64,000 bases of DNA from Eledone cirrhosa (GCA_964016885.1 OZ024740.1:40362001-40426000); one strand, 5' to 3'. Positions 1-15,131 are shown, counted from the first letter of the stretch. Made by a program: numbers and translations. Notes: generated from the letters alone by a model not told the origin.

Positions 1-535
1 TTATTGGGGAAAAACTACCAGGATTGTGTCTATTGTTGGGGAGACTAAACTGTGGAAACTCCTCAGGACTGTGTCTATTGTTAGGTGCAGACTTAATACA
101 TCACTTGACGGTTTTATGTGAAGTTCACTCTGTTACAACTATGCTGGTCGGCCCAAACAAAAAGCATCCAGTCCATCCTGTAAAGTGTTCATACTGGTGC
201 TACAACAAAAGCTCCCAGTACATACAATGAAGTGGTTAGTATATCATAAGAGAACAACTTATGATGATATTGTTTTCAACTATATTACATGGCTAAAATT
301 TCAAATATGGGAAGTAAGGTATCTGTATCTGGTTTAGAATTGGTACACCATATCTCTATCGGTCGAGGTGACTAAAAGTGTTGGCACCAGGAAGGACATC
401 CAGCCATAAAACATTACTTCAAAAAGGACCTCATGATGATGAGTATAAAATATGAAGTACCTTCTCTTATCAAAACTCAAGATGGGGGACATGATCGAAA
501 TTACTGGTCTTGTATTTAATTTGGAAATCATTATT

Positions 536-720
536 TGGCAGTTTCGGTAGAGGGTCGGACGCCATGCTTTGACGTATAGAGTTACGGCCCTTGCCATTCT
601 GAGTTCAAATCCCGCCGAGGTTTACTTTGCCTTTCATCCTTACGGGGTCGATAAAATAAAGTACCAATAATGCACTAAGGTAATTGCTGGCCTTGTGCCA
701 AAAGTAGAAATAGTTATTTA
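536..720 (+). mobile_element. tRNA-derived SINE
   Basis: A-box-like TGGCAGTTTCGGTAG, B-box GAGTTCAAATCCC (601-613) and central GCCTTTCATCCTTACGGGGTCGATAAAATAAAGTACC. The same family recurs inverted at 16.6-16.9 kb. Confidence 0.8.
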
Positions 721-1669
721 CTCTATATTTTGATGATACTAAAAACGATTTAAATGTGGGTTCTTTCTAACTACTATCAGTTAGATTTAGTTTTGGTGTT
801 TATGAAAATCTAAATAAAAATACATTTTCTAAATGATAGTACTGATTTATTATTTCAGAAAAGAGACTTTTAAAAAATGAAAAGTGATGAAGAAAGTATT
901 ATGATAGGGTAAAAGAAAATTGATAAACTTGTTCTTTTCTTTTTTGTTATATTCACAAATTATAGTATTTTTTTGTGAAATCTCAATATTTCTACACATA
1001 TATCTGACACCACATTTGGTAATTTCATCTGTATTTACTACTGGTTGTTATGGAAACAAATATCGTATAATCACCACCTTCAATATAACTGCAGTCATGT
1101 AATAAAATAAACTAGCTGGCCCCATGGTAATTCTACACTTGTTGAAAATTAAGGCACAATAATTTCTCTGATATATACTTATTTCATCATTGTAGCGTAA
1201 GACCATTAGTTGTCATTATTTTATTTAATATAATGGATTTTAGTGATAGAGTAGTTAATAAACAAGGAAAAACTAACAAAAACAACTTAATTTCCTTGTC
1301 CTAGAGAATGTAATATATAACTGTCCATGATTAAACACTGGTTGTGGTAAGTAAATCCATCTTATTAACTGTTTTATTAACATTGAATAAGGTCATCTAA
1401 CAGAAAACTGAGTCTCTTGTTAAAGTTACAGTTTAATAGATGACAGTTAACTGCATTAAAGTACATGTTAAATAATTTTAAAAAATTATATTATTAAAAT
1501 ATACAACAGGTTTAATGTATAATGTAAGAGATGGATAGATGTATATTTTGGGTCTGTTAGGAATTAGTAAAATACACTAATTATAAAAAATAGGTTTAGT
1601 ATAAGAGATAGATAGATGTATGTTTTGGGTTAGGAATTATTAGTAAATTATTCAACAGGTTATAAGAAA

Positions 1670-3846
1670 CTAGTCCACCCGTGACCTGTTGGGTCACGTT
1701 CACTTAAAAATATTTTTTAAATAATTAAAATATACACAGACATGTATATAATCATCATCCCATTTTACGTCCATTCTTCCACGCTAGCATGGGTTATACG
1801 GGTTGTCCTGTTGTGGGCAATGCCAGGTTGAGTGACCATGTCTTGCTTGTTCAAGGACTGATTTTGGCTTCATTTCTAGAGCTGGATGCCCTTCCTAACA
1901 CCAACCTCATTTACAGTGAGGACTGGGTGCTTTTTTCTCATGATACCTCCACGACCACTTTGCAGTGGGAGAGGGTAGGAGCATACTGTCTATATGCTTA
2001 AGCTTCAGCTTGTACCCATGGGAAGTTGGGTCTTCTGTTTTACTGCATAATGCCAGAGGTCTCGGTCCTGTGTCATCGCCTTTGAGAGGTGCAATTGGGC
2101 AAGGTCGGCTTTTATCACCTCATCCCAGGTCTTCTTGGATCTCCCCACTCCAAGGCTTCCATCGACTTTTAATGCACTGCACCTTTTTATGCAGCTGTCA
2201 TCCTTCATACGCATCACATGTCCATACGAACGCAACCTCCTCTCCTGCACACAACATCTGATTCCTCTTATGCTCAGTCTCTCTCTCAATTCGTTTATGC
2301 TTTGCCGTTCACGTATATTACTATTACACGTCAATAGGAGCATGCAGGCTTTGTTTCTTTCTAATCTACACAACTCTTCTACACATAGCGCCCAGGTCTC
2401 ACTACCATGTAACATTGCCATTCGTATGCGTGCATCATAGTCTGCCTTTCATTTTGAGGGGAAAGCTTTTCGCAGCTAGCAGTGGTTGTAGCTCCCTGAA
2501 CTTTTTCCATCCTATTCTTACCCTGGTTACTGTACTTTCCGAATACCCACCTCCGCTGCTAATTCGGTCTCCTAGGTAGCAGATTCTGTCTACTGTTTCT
2601 ACAGAGCCCTCCCAGAGTTTAGTAGTGCTTGTTTCCTGCTTACTGTCCCAGTGCAGCTGCTACATGTAAAGCCTACATTCTTAACTAAACTTCCTGAGAT
2701 TCCATTACATCGCTTGTGTACCCATAGTTTGCATTTGGGGCAGAGGATGGATTTCCTACATACTGAGCAAGGCCATTTCCCTGAGTTGATCTGGGTTCTG
2801 TTTTCTCGTCTACTTACAAAGACCTTGGTCTTTGTTAGGTTGACTTTGAGACCCCTTCTTTCTAGTCCCTGCTTCCATGTTTGGAATTTCTTCTCTAGTT
2901 CCGCCATAGCTATAAGTGTAAGATCATCCGTGTACAGAAGTTCCCATGGGCATCCTGTCTTAAACTCCTGTTATAGCCTGCACTACGATAATAAACAGGA
3001 GAGGGCTAAGAACAGAGCCCTGGTGGACACCGACCTGTATGCTAAATTCCTCGCTATAGTCATTGTTAACCATGACTTTACTGACTGCTCCCCTATACAT
3101 GGCTTGTATAGCTTTCACAAGCCATTGATCTAGCTTTCTATGAGCCCACCAGATTATAGCACAAGGCACTCTGTCCAAAGATTTTCCAGATCGACAAATG
3201 CCAGGTAGAGCAGCTTACTTTTAACTAGGTACTTTTCCTGTAACTGCCTCACAAGGAAGAGAGCATCAGTTGTGCTTTTGCCTGGCACAAACCCAAACTA
3301 CATCTCATCTAGTTTTACCCAGTCCCTAATCAGCTGTGCTATAACTCTTTCCGTTACTTTCATGACCTGGTCCATCAGCTTTATACCTCTATCTAGTGCA
3401 TCTCCTTTACCCTTGTAGCAGTTGACACAATGTAAAATGAAATTAGAAGGCCCATATATATATGTGTGTATACAGACACACACATACACACTTAGAAACC
3501 CTTCCTATTTAGCAGGAAATATTAGCTACACACATCTTGTCCTAGCACAAGTTATATGGTACTTATGACTTAATATTCAGTCACAAAATTTGAGCTAGAT
3601 ACAATGCTCTATTCGATTCTTTGAAGTCATGTTATAATTTCATTCAACAACACCACCAACTCTCTCTCTATTTATGATGGTATCCGGAAAACCCTGTATC
3701 TCTGGAATCTGTGCTCCGATTTACGTGAAATTTGTATTCCCATTTCAGGGGCAGCTTCCTTTCAAAGTATTTTTCCATTATGCACCGTTTTGGCTGTATT
3801 AAATTACAGACAAGCACACAATCACAAAGTGTTAGTAGTATATAGA
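1670..3846 (-). mobile_element. Non-autonomous Helitron-like element (interrupted by an RTE LINE)
   Basis: On the minus strand it starts TCTATATACTA (3846) and ends in the hairpin CGTGACC-caaca-GGTCACG followed by CTAG (1673-1670). It is inserted between A and T with no TSD. Removing it restores the flanking tandem unit ataagaaa|tagatagatgta. Confidence 0.65.
1751..3426 (-). mobile_element. Decayed, 5'-truncated RTE-clade LINE (RT fragment plus 3' UTR)
   Basis: Frameshifted ORF pieces: KGKGDAL, DRVP, GVHQGSVLSPLLF, a Cys-rich KWPCSVC..CPKC..WVHKRC insert, GSETW and RRLRSYGHVMR. Ends in a GATGAT tail at ~1751. Confidence 0.88.
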
Positions 3847-4699
3847 TAGATAGATGTAAATTTTGAGTTTGTTAGGAAACTAAGGCTGCAGAATTCAAGT
3901 TTTCCTGTGTGCTGTTATTTGATTTAATGACTGTATCAATTGATTTATCTCATTTGTTCTAATATATAAACAATTTTACATTGTTTATGCTGATCTAAGA
4001 GAGATGTATGAACTAATTTAAAGTTTGTAGATCTATAAATTGAATTAAATGTCAGTTGTTTTTATTTTAGGGCTGGCACAGTTTTAATTTATGAAGCTAT
4101 GTGAAGTTATTTCAAATAACCCAATGAAGATTTACATAAGTTATTGGAAAGAAAATCTGTGCTAAACTCAGATTTAATGTAGTTAAAAGAATTTTTTTTA
4201 AAACCATTGTTAATAAATCAAGTTTTACAATTCTGCTGTTGTTTTCTTTCATCCTTTTATTAATCCAGAAAATTCATGACTGTGGTTAAGAATTTTAGTT
4301 TAAGGTTTGATCCAATTGTGTGTAAACTTTGGGCAAAAAGTCTTTTATCAGTCTTCGGCTGACCAATGTTTGGTCACTGGAATTTGCATATCTTCAGGTG
4401 AGCAATAAAACGAGTTTTTTTTTTTTTCAAACAACTGACCATGTTGCACTTATTGTTGAATAAAGAGCTTTCTTACTTTCCCTGCCTGCATTAAATAACG
4501 CCAGAAAATACTGCAGTTACTGATCCTTTATATATATTTATCAAGACTCAGTGAAATACTGTCCCCTTATTTGTACACATACAGAAATCTGTATGACTAT
4601 GAAATTGCCCACCAACTCACTTCAGTTCCTGTTTTTTACATGTTAGTGTCATAAACATGGATGATCTTGTGCCACTTGTCTTTCCTTGCTCCCCAACCT

Positions 4700-4890
4700 A
4701 TTTCACCTTTCCACGCTAGCATGGGTTGGACAGGTCATGTTCTGAGGCCAGACAACCATGTCTTGCTCATACATTCTATATTTGGCATGATTTCTGCAGC
4801 TAGATACCCTTCCTAACACCAACCACAGTACAAAAATACTGGGTGTGTTTTATCCTGGCACTTTACAAGGTGTACTGGATGTGTTTTATT
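4700..4890 (-). mobile_element. RTE-3'UTR-related short element fragment
   Basis: Contains TTCCACGCTAGCATGGGTT and CCTTCCTAACACCAACCA, shared with the 3' ends of the RTE copies at 1.77 kb and 62.34 kb. Confidence 0.6.
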
Positions 4891-5268
4891 GTGATATAGA
4901 GAGGTGGTCTTATCTTTAAGAGTATGTCTCTCATAGTCATTCATATTTCTGTGCCTGATTTTCTTGTCCAGAATAATTTGACTGCAAGTGACTAGTTGGG
5001 CAATGGACTTTCTAAAAGTTTTACAGATGTTAGTAAAGCATTTATTTTGATTATTCAGCTCTCCCTGGCCTCTTATGTAATGTTCATCAGCTACATATAC
5101 AGTAGTGTCTCAATCCTGTTGCTTTCCAACTATTATAGTTGTTAAAATCAATCATATCCTTATATTCTCAGAAGGGTATTTTTCAACATGCCACAGATCT
5201 TGTGAATCCATCCAATAAGTTTCAAGGAATATGTAGAGGTTCACCACAATTACATCTAATATTTTAAG

Positions 5269-5957
5269 TCAATATATATTATAAAAGAAAAAGGTTTGAT
5301 ACTTATTTTATAATATCACAGAAAAAGAAAAACATCCCAGGTATGCAAACCAAACTAACTGCTATTTCTAGCATGTTGGGTGACAACCATAAGGGATTTG
5401 CTCTGTGTTGTCTGCTAGTGTCTTAGGATTTGAACCCACATATATAATATAAAAGATTGGAACTCCTACCATAATTTTGAAAAACCTGGCCCTGCAATGG
5501 CACACAAGTGGGTTGAACCATCTAGAGGTCACTATTCATGGAGGCAATCATCAAGGAGAAAATGCATATATTCCCAAGATTCCTCACATCGCTTTCTCTA
5601 CCGAGCTGCTGTTCAAATTCTCAAGACTTCAGTCAAGAACCAGTTTTGCTATGACTATAAATAAAGCTCAAGGTCTAAGTCTCTAAGTTGTAGGATTGAA
5701 TATGAGAGAATCGGCTTTTACTCATGGACAGTTATATGTAGGTTGTTCACAAGTAGGAACACCTAGAAATCTTCATTTACTATGCATGAATAGTAAAACG
5801 AAGAATGTGGAAGATTTTTTAACTTTTTTTTTTTTGTCTCATAAATCATGGTCTCGCCTCATACTGTAAACCAGACAACGAATCCAATACATTTGTTTTC
5901 TCTTCTACTGTTCTTCTCTTATCTATTTACCCAGGCAAAGCTGGGTACCTCAGCTAG
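5269..5957 (+). mobile_element. Helitron 3' remnant with Pif1-type helicase pseudo-ORF
   Basis: 5477-5810 encodes decayed Helitron helicase motifs (CNGT, IPKIP, FAMTINKAQG-SL, FTHGQLYVGCS-VG, KTKNV). The 3' hairpin TACCCAG-gcaaag-CTGGGTA (5928-5947) is followed by CTAG|T (5954-5957). The 5' boundary is approximate. Confidence 0.85.
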
Positions 5958-8389
5958 TAAACAATAAAACACACTCAGTACATGTCAAAGTGAAAGTACA
6001 TTCTGCTGTTGAAACCATGCATGGAACATGAGTGAAACAGTCATTTGACCTGTCTAACTCATGGAAAACAAAGAGATAATGAATAAAATTTGACAATTGT
6101 GAAAAAAACAAAACTTCTTTCCACTCATAGTTCAAGGCAATGGCATCCCTTCTTAAATTTCATGATGTGATTGAGACAGCATATAATAATGTACCCCACT
6201 CCAGCCCAGCAGATCTGTGAACATAAGACTATTTCAGGACTACATTAGACAGGTGTAATAATATACTCAACTCCAGCCAAGCAGACCCATGAACACAAGA
6301 CTACAGTAAAAGGTAGGTGTAACGTGATAGACTTGGCTATTTCTAGCAGGGAGTGAACATCAATGGAGAATCTATTTGGGTTTGTGTAGGAACAATACAT
6401 AAATGAATGTTAGAATGGGGGGTGATTTACTGAGAAAAAAGTGGAATATCTTGTTACCAAAATCTCAGCCTATTATAATTTATTAATTCAACAGCTGAAA
6501 GGAAATATTCTATAGAAAAGGGTCAAATGTACAAATTTCTTAGAAATTTCTGGAAAGTGAGAAATGCCAAAGATATAAGTGATAGATAAATGACGCAAGC
6601 AACATTAGAAATGAATTAATGGGATTTGAAGTATAATTCTGCAGAATTGTTTTACTTACAAATGAATTACATGACAGGTCTATATTGGGTAGACAAAGTT
6701 CCAAATCAAGGAAAAGGAATTGAACATATTTCTATTCGTGAGACTATCTTAAGAGAAATAAATATTGACCATAATGTGAAAGTTTTCTTAGATTTGATGG
6801 GTGAGAAATAGGAAATTACAATTAGTATAGAATTGTAAAGATATTTTATGAGGCATTGTCTGAAGGTGGACATTTCAGTTTGAAGGAATGACAAACTTAG
6901 AAAATAGAAAAAAATTTGTAACATTTAATTTTGATGAGTCTGAGCATTGTAGGTAGCTGATCTTGAGCAATATGCCACAGGTAGTTGATCTTGATACACT
7001 GTAAGTAACTGATCTTCAGAAGAATTTAATGCTCTTAGATTGGACATGCCCACTATAAAGTTAGTATGACAAAAATTTATAACTTGAAATACGGCCCGCC
7101 ATTTAAAAATTTTAGTTTGTTGATCGATATATCATTGCAGGACTGAACAGGTACAGCAATTAATTAGGAGTTCCTTGGTTTACTAGGCTATAATAATTTG
7201 TAAATGTGGCTGCAAAAAGTGGCTTAGAAGATATCAGTTTTTATTGAGAATGAAATTAAATCTGGACTAAAATGAAGATAGTGTAATACATATATTACAG
7301 ATCAATGACAAAATATCAGGAAAAACAGAAGAAATTTATTGTAACTGAACACAATAAAGAGATTAAGATGTATATGAAGTAAACTGCCTACACTAACAGA
7401 AATACATAAATTTATTGTAACTGAACACAAGAGACTACATTAAGATGTATATATGTTAAACTAACATAAGAATATAACCAAAAATAAAATCAGATAAAGA
7501 GTCTTTCCACCCTGCCCACCATTTCTTTCAAAATAGTTTTACAATTGAAATACAACTGTGAGTGATATTGGAAAGCAAGTGTAGGTAGATTTGGTTTTAA
7601 CTGGACTTGCCAAGTACAGAAGCTTCCTGAGAGACAGCATTATTGTAAGTTGTCTCTAGGGCTCATTTGTCAACATCAGTTGTGTACAGTAATGCCACAC
7701 CTGTCATCTATACAGGTGACACCACTCTTCAGACTGCATAATTCCTGTGTTAGTTATGTCTCAGACATCTTTCCCTATGTACAGTAATGGCGCAACTATC
7801 CATTACTGCCACACCTGTCATCTATACAGGTAACACTACTCTTCAGACCACCCTCTTATATACAGTCAATATTCCTGTGTATTTTAAACATCTCATGCCA
7901 TACCTACTCTGCCTTCATGAACAGAGACTTTACAAACATCTTTCAATGGAAACATGACAATTGAAACATTTTCAGAAAGACAAAGACAACCACTACATTC
8001 CTGTACCTAAGATTCTGTAGTTATGACGATCAACAACACAACTTAATCCATCAAAGTTACAAATGTTAGACCTAACTACTCACATCTAACAGATGGTACT
8101 GTTACACACACTAAAGGACTGCTCACACTTAACAGAAAGTACTGTGTTATACACACACACTAGACAACATTCAAAAGAAGGAGAAATGTTGCTACTATAT
8201 TTCTGTGTTCTCTCTCTCTGCTGCTACTACAATGGCTTTTGTTCTCTTCAACTAGTAAACTGCAGACTTTCTCAACAAGTTTTTTTTTTATAAATGTTTA
8301 AACTGAACACAAAACATCTTTGTTCATTACCATGATCTGAAAAGGTCATGGGTTCTACCCCTCCTCCTTTGATAAAAATGGCATACTGC

Positions 8390-8790
8390 TGACAACAAAA
8401 AGTGTCCTGTCCACCCTTAAGGCGGTTGTACTGGTGACACCACAAAAAGTGCCCAGATCACACTGTAAAGTGGTTGAACTGGTGACACGACAAAATGTGC
8501 CCAGTCCACCCTGTAAGATAGTGGTGTTGGTGTCATGACAAAAGTACCCAGTCCATCATGTAAGGTGGTAGTTGTGGTACCACGAAAGAAGTTCCCAGTA
8601 CACACTGTAGGGTGGTAGTGATAGTGCCATAATAAAAAGCTTTCAGTGCACACTAATGTGGTTGGTTTTATGAAGGGCATTGAACCATAGAAAACCAAGC
8701 CAAAATTGGATCCTATGAGCAAAACCTGACCTGTCTGGCCTCAACATAACAACCCATCCAACCCAAACATGGGGAATACACATTAAACTT
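8390..8790 (+). mobile_element. RTE-3'UTR-derived element with tandem ~43-bp subrepeats
   Basis: About 5-6 degenerate copies of AAAAGTGCCCAGTCCACNCTGTAAGGTGGTTG. The same motif occurs in the RTE 3' UTRs at 16.36 kb and 18.51 kb. Confidence 0.55.
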
Positions 8791-9338
8791 TGATATGTGT
8801 GTATTATACTTAAAAGATAAATATCTATCTTGCTTTAAAATGACTTGGTCCAACATAACTCAAATATCTACCCTATCATAAATTTGAAATAGAACAAAAA
8901 GTTATTTTTGTGAAATATAAATAGTGTTAGCACAAAAGAAGTATTGAAGATAATAAATAAAAAAAAATCCTATATATTATAAATGTCACATAAATTAGGT
9001 ACAGAACTTCTGATTAACATAAAATGTTTTAATATCAACAAAACAAAATTTTAATACAGAAAAAAGTTTAGAAATTTATTCCTACAAGTGTTTAAAAATA
9101 GATTCACAGAATTAAGGTTTAAAATCAGAATGTACAAAGTACTGTTTCTTTTTTTCCTCTCACCAAAAATTTTTATCTTGAGTAAGAATCATCTAAAAAC
9201 TACAAAGAAATACTTATAATTCAAACAACTGACCAACTGTTTAAATCAAAATAGTATATTACCTTTAAATTCTTATCTTAAAAGGTTCATAACCATATCA
9301 GTTCATTTAAACATGATGTTATAGCATTAGATGGTCGA

Positions 9339-9341
<3 letters not shown>

Positions 9342-9372
<31 letters not shown>
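9342..9372. repeat. (CA)n microsatellite
   Basis: Pure AC dinucleotide run. Confidence 0.95.
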
Positions 9373-9374
<2 letters not shown>

Positions 9375-9446
9375 TTTAATGTAATTTCTTCCTTACAAAT
9401 GTTTTGTGTTTTGGCAGAAATATATCATGCTCATAATTCTTGCTAT

Positions 9447-9545
9447 CATATATATATATATATATATATACACATACATACATACATATATATATATATA
9501 TACACATACATACATATATATATATATATACACATACATACATAC

Positions 9546-9578
<33 letters not shown>

Positions 9579-9818
9579 CATACACATATATATATATATA
9601 CACATATATATATATATACATACATATATATATATACATACATATATATATATATACATACATATATATATATATACACATATATATATATACATACACA
9701 TATATATATATACATACACATATATATATATATACATACACATATATATATATACACATATATATACATACATACATATATATATATACATACATATATA
9801 TATATATACATACATATA

Positions 9819-9850
<32 letters not shown>

Positions 9851-10307
9851 CACATATATATATATACATACATATATATATATACATACATATACATACA
9901 CATAAATATATACATATATATATATATACATATACATACATATATATATACATATACATACATATAAATATACATACATATACATACATATATATATACA
10001 TACATATACATACATATATATATACATACATATATATATATACATATATATACATACATATATATATATATACATACATATATATATACATACATATATA
10101 TATACACATACATATATATATACATACATATATATATACACATATATATATATACATACATATATATATATACACATATATATATATACATACATATATA
10201 TATATACACATATATATATATACATACATATATATATATATACACACATATATATATATACATACATATATATATATACATACATATATATATATACATA
10301 TACATAC

Positions 10308-10342
<35 letters not shown>

Positions 10343-10729
10343 CATACATATATATATATACATACATATATATATATCATACATAAATATATATATACAT
10401 ACATATATATATATACATACATATATATATATACATACATATATATATATACATACATATATATATATACATACATATATATATACATACATATATATAT
10501 ATCATACATAAATACATATATATATATATACATACATATATATATATATCATACATAAATATATATATATATATATACATAAATATATATATATCATACA
10601 TAAATATATATATACATACATATATATATATATACATACATATATATATATACATACATATATATATATACATATATATACATACATATATATATATACA
10701 TATATATACATACATACATATATATATAT

Positions 10730-10778
<49 letters not shown>

Positions 10779-10783
10779 CATAC

Positions 10784-10818
<35 letters not shown>

Positions 10819-10933
10819 CATACATATATATATATATATATACATACATATATATATATATACATACATATATATATATATACATACATATATATATATA
10901 TACATATATATACATATACATATATATACATAC

Positions 10934-10968
<35 letters not shown>

Positions 10969-11384
10969 CATATATATACATATACATATATATACATACA
11001 TATATATATATATATATATACATATATATACATATACATATATATATACATACATACATATATACATATATATACATATACATATATATACATACATACA
11101 TATATATATACATACATACATACATATATATATATACATACATATACACATACATATATATACATACATACATATATATATACATACATATACACATACA
11201 TATATATATACATACATATACACATACATATATATATACATACATATACACATACATATATATACATACATATATACATACACATATACATATATATATA
11301 TATACATATATACATATATATATACATACATATATACATATACATACATACATATACATATATATATACATATACATATATATA

Positions 11385-11444
<60 letters not shown>

Positions 11445-11970
11445 CATATATATATACATATATATATATACATACATATATATATATACATACATATATA
11501 TATATATACATACATATATATATATACATACATATATATATATATATACATACATATATATATATACATACATATATATATATATATACATACATATATA
11601 TATATATACATACATATATATATATATACATACATATATATATATATACATACATATATATATATATACATACATATATATATATATACATACATATATA
11701 TATATATACATACATATATATATATATACATACATATATATATATATACATACATATATATATATATACATACATATATATATATATACATACATATATA
11801 TATATATACATACATATATATATATCATACATAAATACATATATATATATATACATACATATATATATATCATACATAAATACATATATATATATATACA
11901 TACATATATATATATCATACATATATATATATATATATATATATACATACATATATATATATCATACATA

Positions 11971-12011
<41 letters not shown>

Positions 12012-12067
12012 ACATATATATACATACATACATATATATATATATACATACATATATATATATATAT

Positions 12068-12120
<53 letters not shown>

Positions 12121-12214
12121 CATATATATATATACATACATATATATATATATATACATACATATATATATATATACATATATATACATATACATATATA
12201 TACATACATATATA

Positions 12215-12267
<53 letters not shown>

Positions 12268-12741
12268 ACATATACATATATATACATACATACATATATA
12301 TATACATACATATATATATACATACATATATATATATATATACATACATATATATATATATACATACATATATATATATACATATATATACATATATATA
12401 TATATACATACATATATATATATATACATATATATACATATATATACATATATATACATATATATACATATACATATATATACATATATATACATATATA
12501 TACATATATATACATATACATATATATATATACATATACATATATATACATACATACATATACATATATATACATACATACATACATATATATATATACA
12601 TACATATATATATATACATACATATATACACATACATATATACATACATATATATATATATATACATACATATATATATATATACATACATACATACATA
12701 TATATATATATACATATATGTATATATACACACATACATAC

Positions 12742-12772
<31 letters not shown>

Positions 12773-12813
12773 CACACATACATACATATATATATATATA
12801 CACACATACATAC

Positions 12814-12844
<31 letters not shown>

Positions 12845-13137
12845 CACATATATACATATATATATACACATATGTACATATATATATACATATATATATA
12901 TATACATATATATATACATATATATATATATACATATGTACATATATATATACATATATATATATATACATATACATATATATATATATATACATATATA
13001 TATACATATATATATATATACATATATATATACATATATATATACATATATATATATATACATATATATATACATATATATATATATACATATATATATA
13101 CATATATATATATATACATATATACATATATATATAC

Positions 13138-13168
<31 letters not shown>

Positions 13169-14134
13169 CATATATATATACATATATACATATATATATA
13201 CATACATATATACATATATATATACATTCATATATACATATACATATATATATATACATTCATATATACATATACATATATATATACATACATATATACA
13301 TACATAAATATATACATATATATATACATATATATATATATATACATATATATATATTTACATACATATATATATATTTACATACATATATATTTACATA
13401 TATATATATATATTTACATACATATATATTTACATATATATATATATTTACATACATATATATTTACATATATATATATATATATTTACATACATATATA
13501 TATATTTACATACATATATATTTACATATATATATATATTTACATACATATATATTTACATACATATATATATATTTACATATATATATATATATTTACA
13601 TACATATATATTTACATATATATATATATATTTACATACATATATATTTACATATATATATATATATTTACATACATATATATTTACATATATATATATA
13701 TATTTACATACATATATATTTACATATATATATATATATTTACATACATATATATATTTACATATATATATATATATTTACATACATATATATATTTACA
13801 TATATATATATATATTTACATACATATATATTTACATATATATATATATATATTTACATACATATATATTTACATATATATATATATATATTTACATACA
13901 TATATATTTACATATATCTATATATATTTACATACATATATATTTACATATATATATATATATATTTACATACATATATATTTACATATATATATACATA
14001 CATATATATTTACAAATATATATATATATATATTTACATACATATATATATATTTACATACATATATATTTACATATATATATATATTTACATACATATA
14101 TATATAACATATACATACATACATATATATATAC

Positions 14135-14223
<89 letters not shown>

Positions 14224-14507
14224 CATACATATATATATATATATATACATACATATATATATATATATATACATACATATACATACACACACACATATAT
14301 ATATTACATACATATACATACACACACATATATATATATGTATATACGTACATATACAATACATTATATATATATATATATACATTCATATATATATATA
14401 TATATATACACACATGTACATGTGTGTATGAGTATATATATGTGTGTGTGTATATATGTGCGTGTGTATGTATGTATGTATGTATATATATATATATATA
14501 TATATAG
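9447..14507. repeat. ~5-kb compound (TA)n/(TACA)n/(TTTACA)n microsatellite
   Basis: Continuous TA run with CA interruptions. It is the source of all Y/I/M/C/H/T-rich ORFs in the track. Confidence 0.97.
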
Positions 14508-15131
14508 TTAAAGAAGTGATATATGAAGAGATCATTGTTAATTTTTTAAATGGATACAATGTAAGTTTAACATTAAAAGCAATCTTATAATAATAATTTG
14601 AAATAGTTGCAAAGTAAATTGAATGTAACAGTAGAAATAAAAAAAAAAAAAAAGAAAGAAAACAAAAGTCCTCAATGAAAAAAGCAAATAACTTAGTAAC
14701 AAATGAAAGAATTTTTTTTTTCTTCATGAATAAAATTATTTCAATTGTGTGAAGTGTTACGAATGTTTTATCACAAATTTATAACTATTTCTAGATAGTA
14801 CAACAACTGAAAATTAAACCAAAGAAACAAAATTTAAATATTAACTCCAATATCACAGATACAAATGAAATTTCAATTCTGCTTTATGTGTATTTTTTCT
14901 TTAAAATATTCCTAAAGGGAAGGAAGAAATTTAATACAATTGTAATAAAAAATACGAGAAAAGAAACTTTTCTCATTGAAATATTTTCAAAGTCAGTTCT
15001 TTTGAATTCTAAATTCCTCGTGTACCATCTTACAAATGATTTTTAAATCACCTGTATTGAAGCCATTGTAAATTGTAAGAACTTAGATGGATTAAGTTGT
15101 TTTTCATGACAAGAGTAGCTGAAGATTTTGG

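Noticed and set aside
536-615. tRNA gene
   Set aside because: It has A/B boxes but no cloverleaf, and it continues into a repeated SINE body.
251-4105. Possible small + strand exons (251-313, 859-908, 4071-~4103) with AG/GT borders
   Set aside because: They are very short, have in-frame stops or no recognisable protein when joined, and are embedded among repeats. They cannot be supported without RNA data.
9376-14727. Many long Y/I/M/C/V/H/T-rich ORFs (up to 960 aa)
   Set aside because: They are translations of the (TA)/(TACA) microsatellite, open only because the repeat lacks stop codons.
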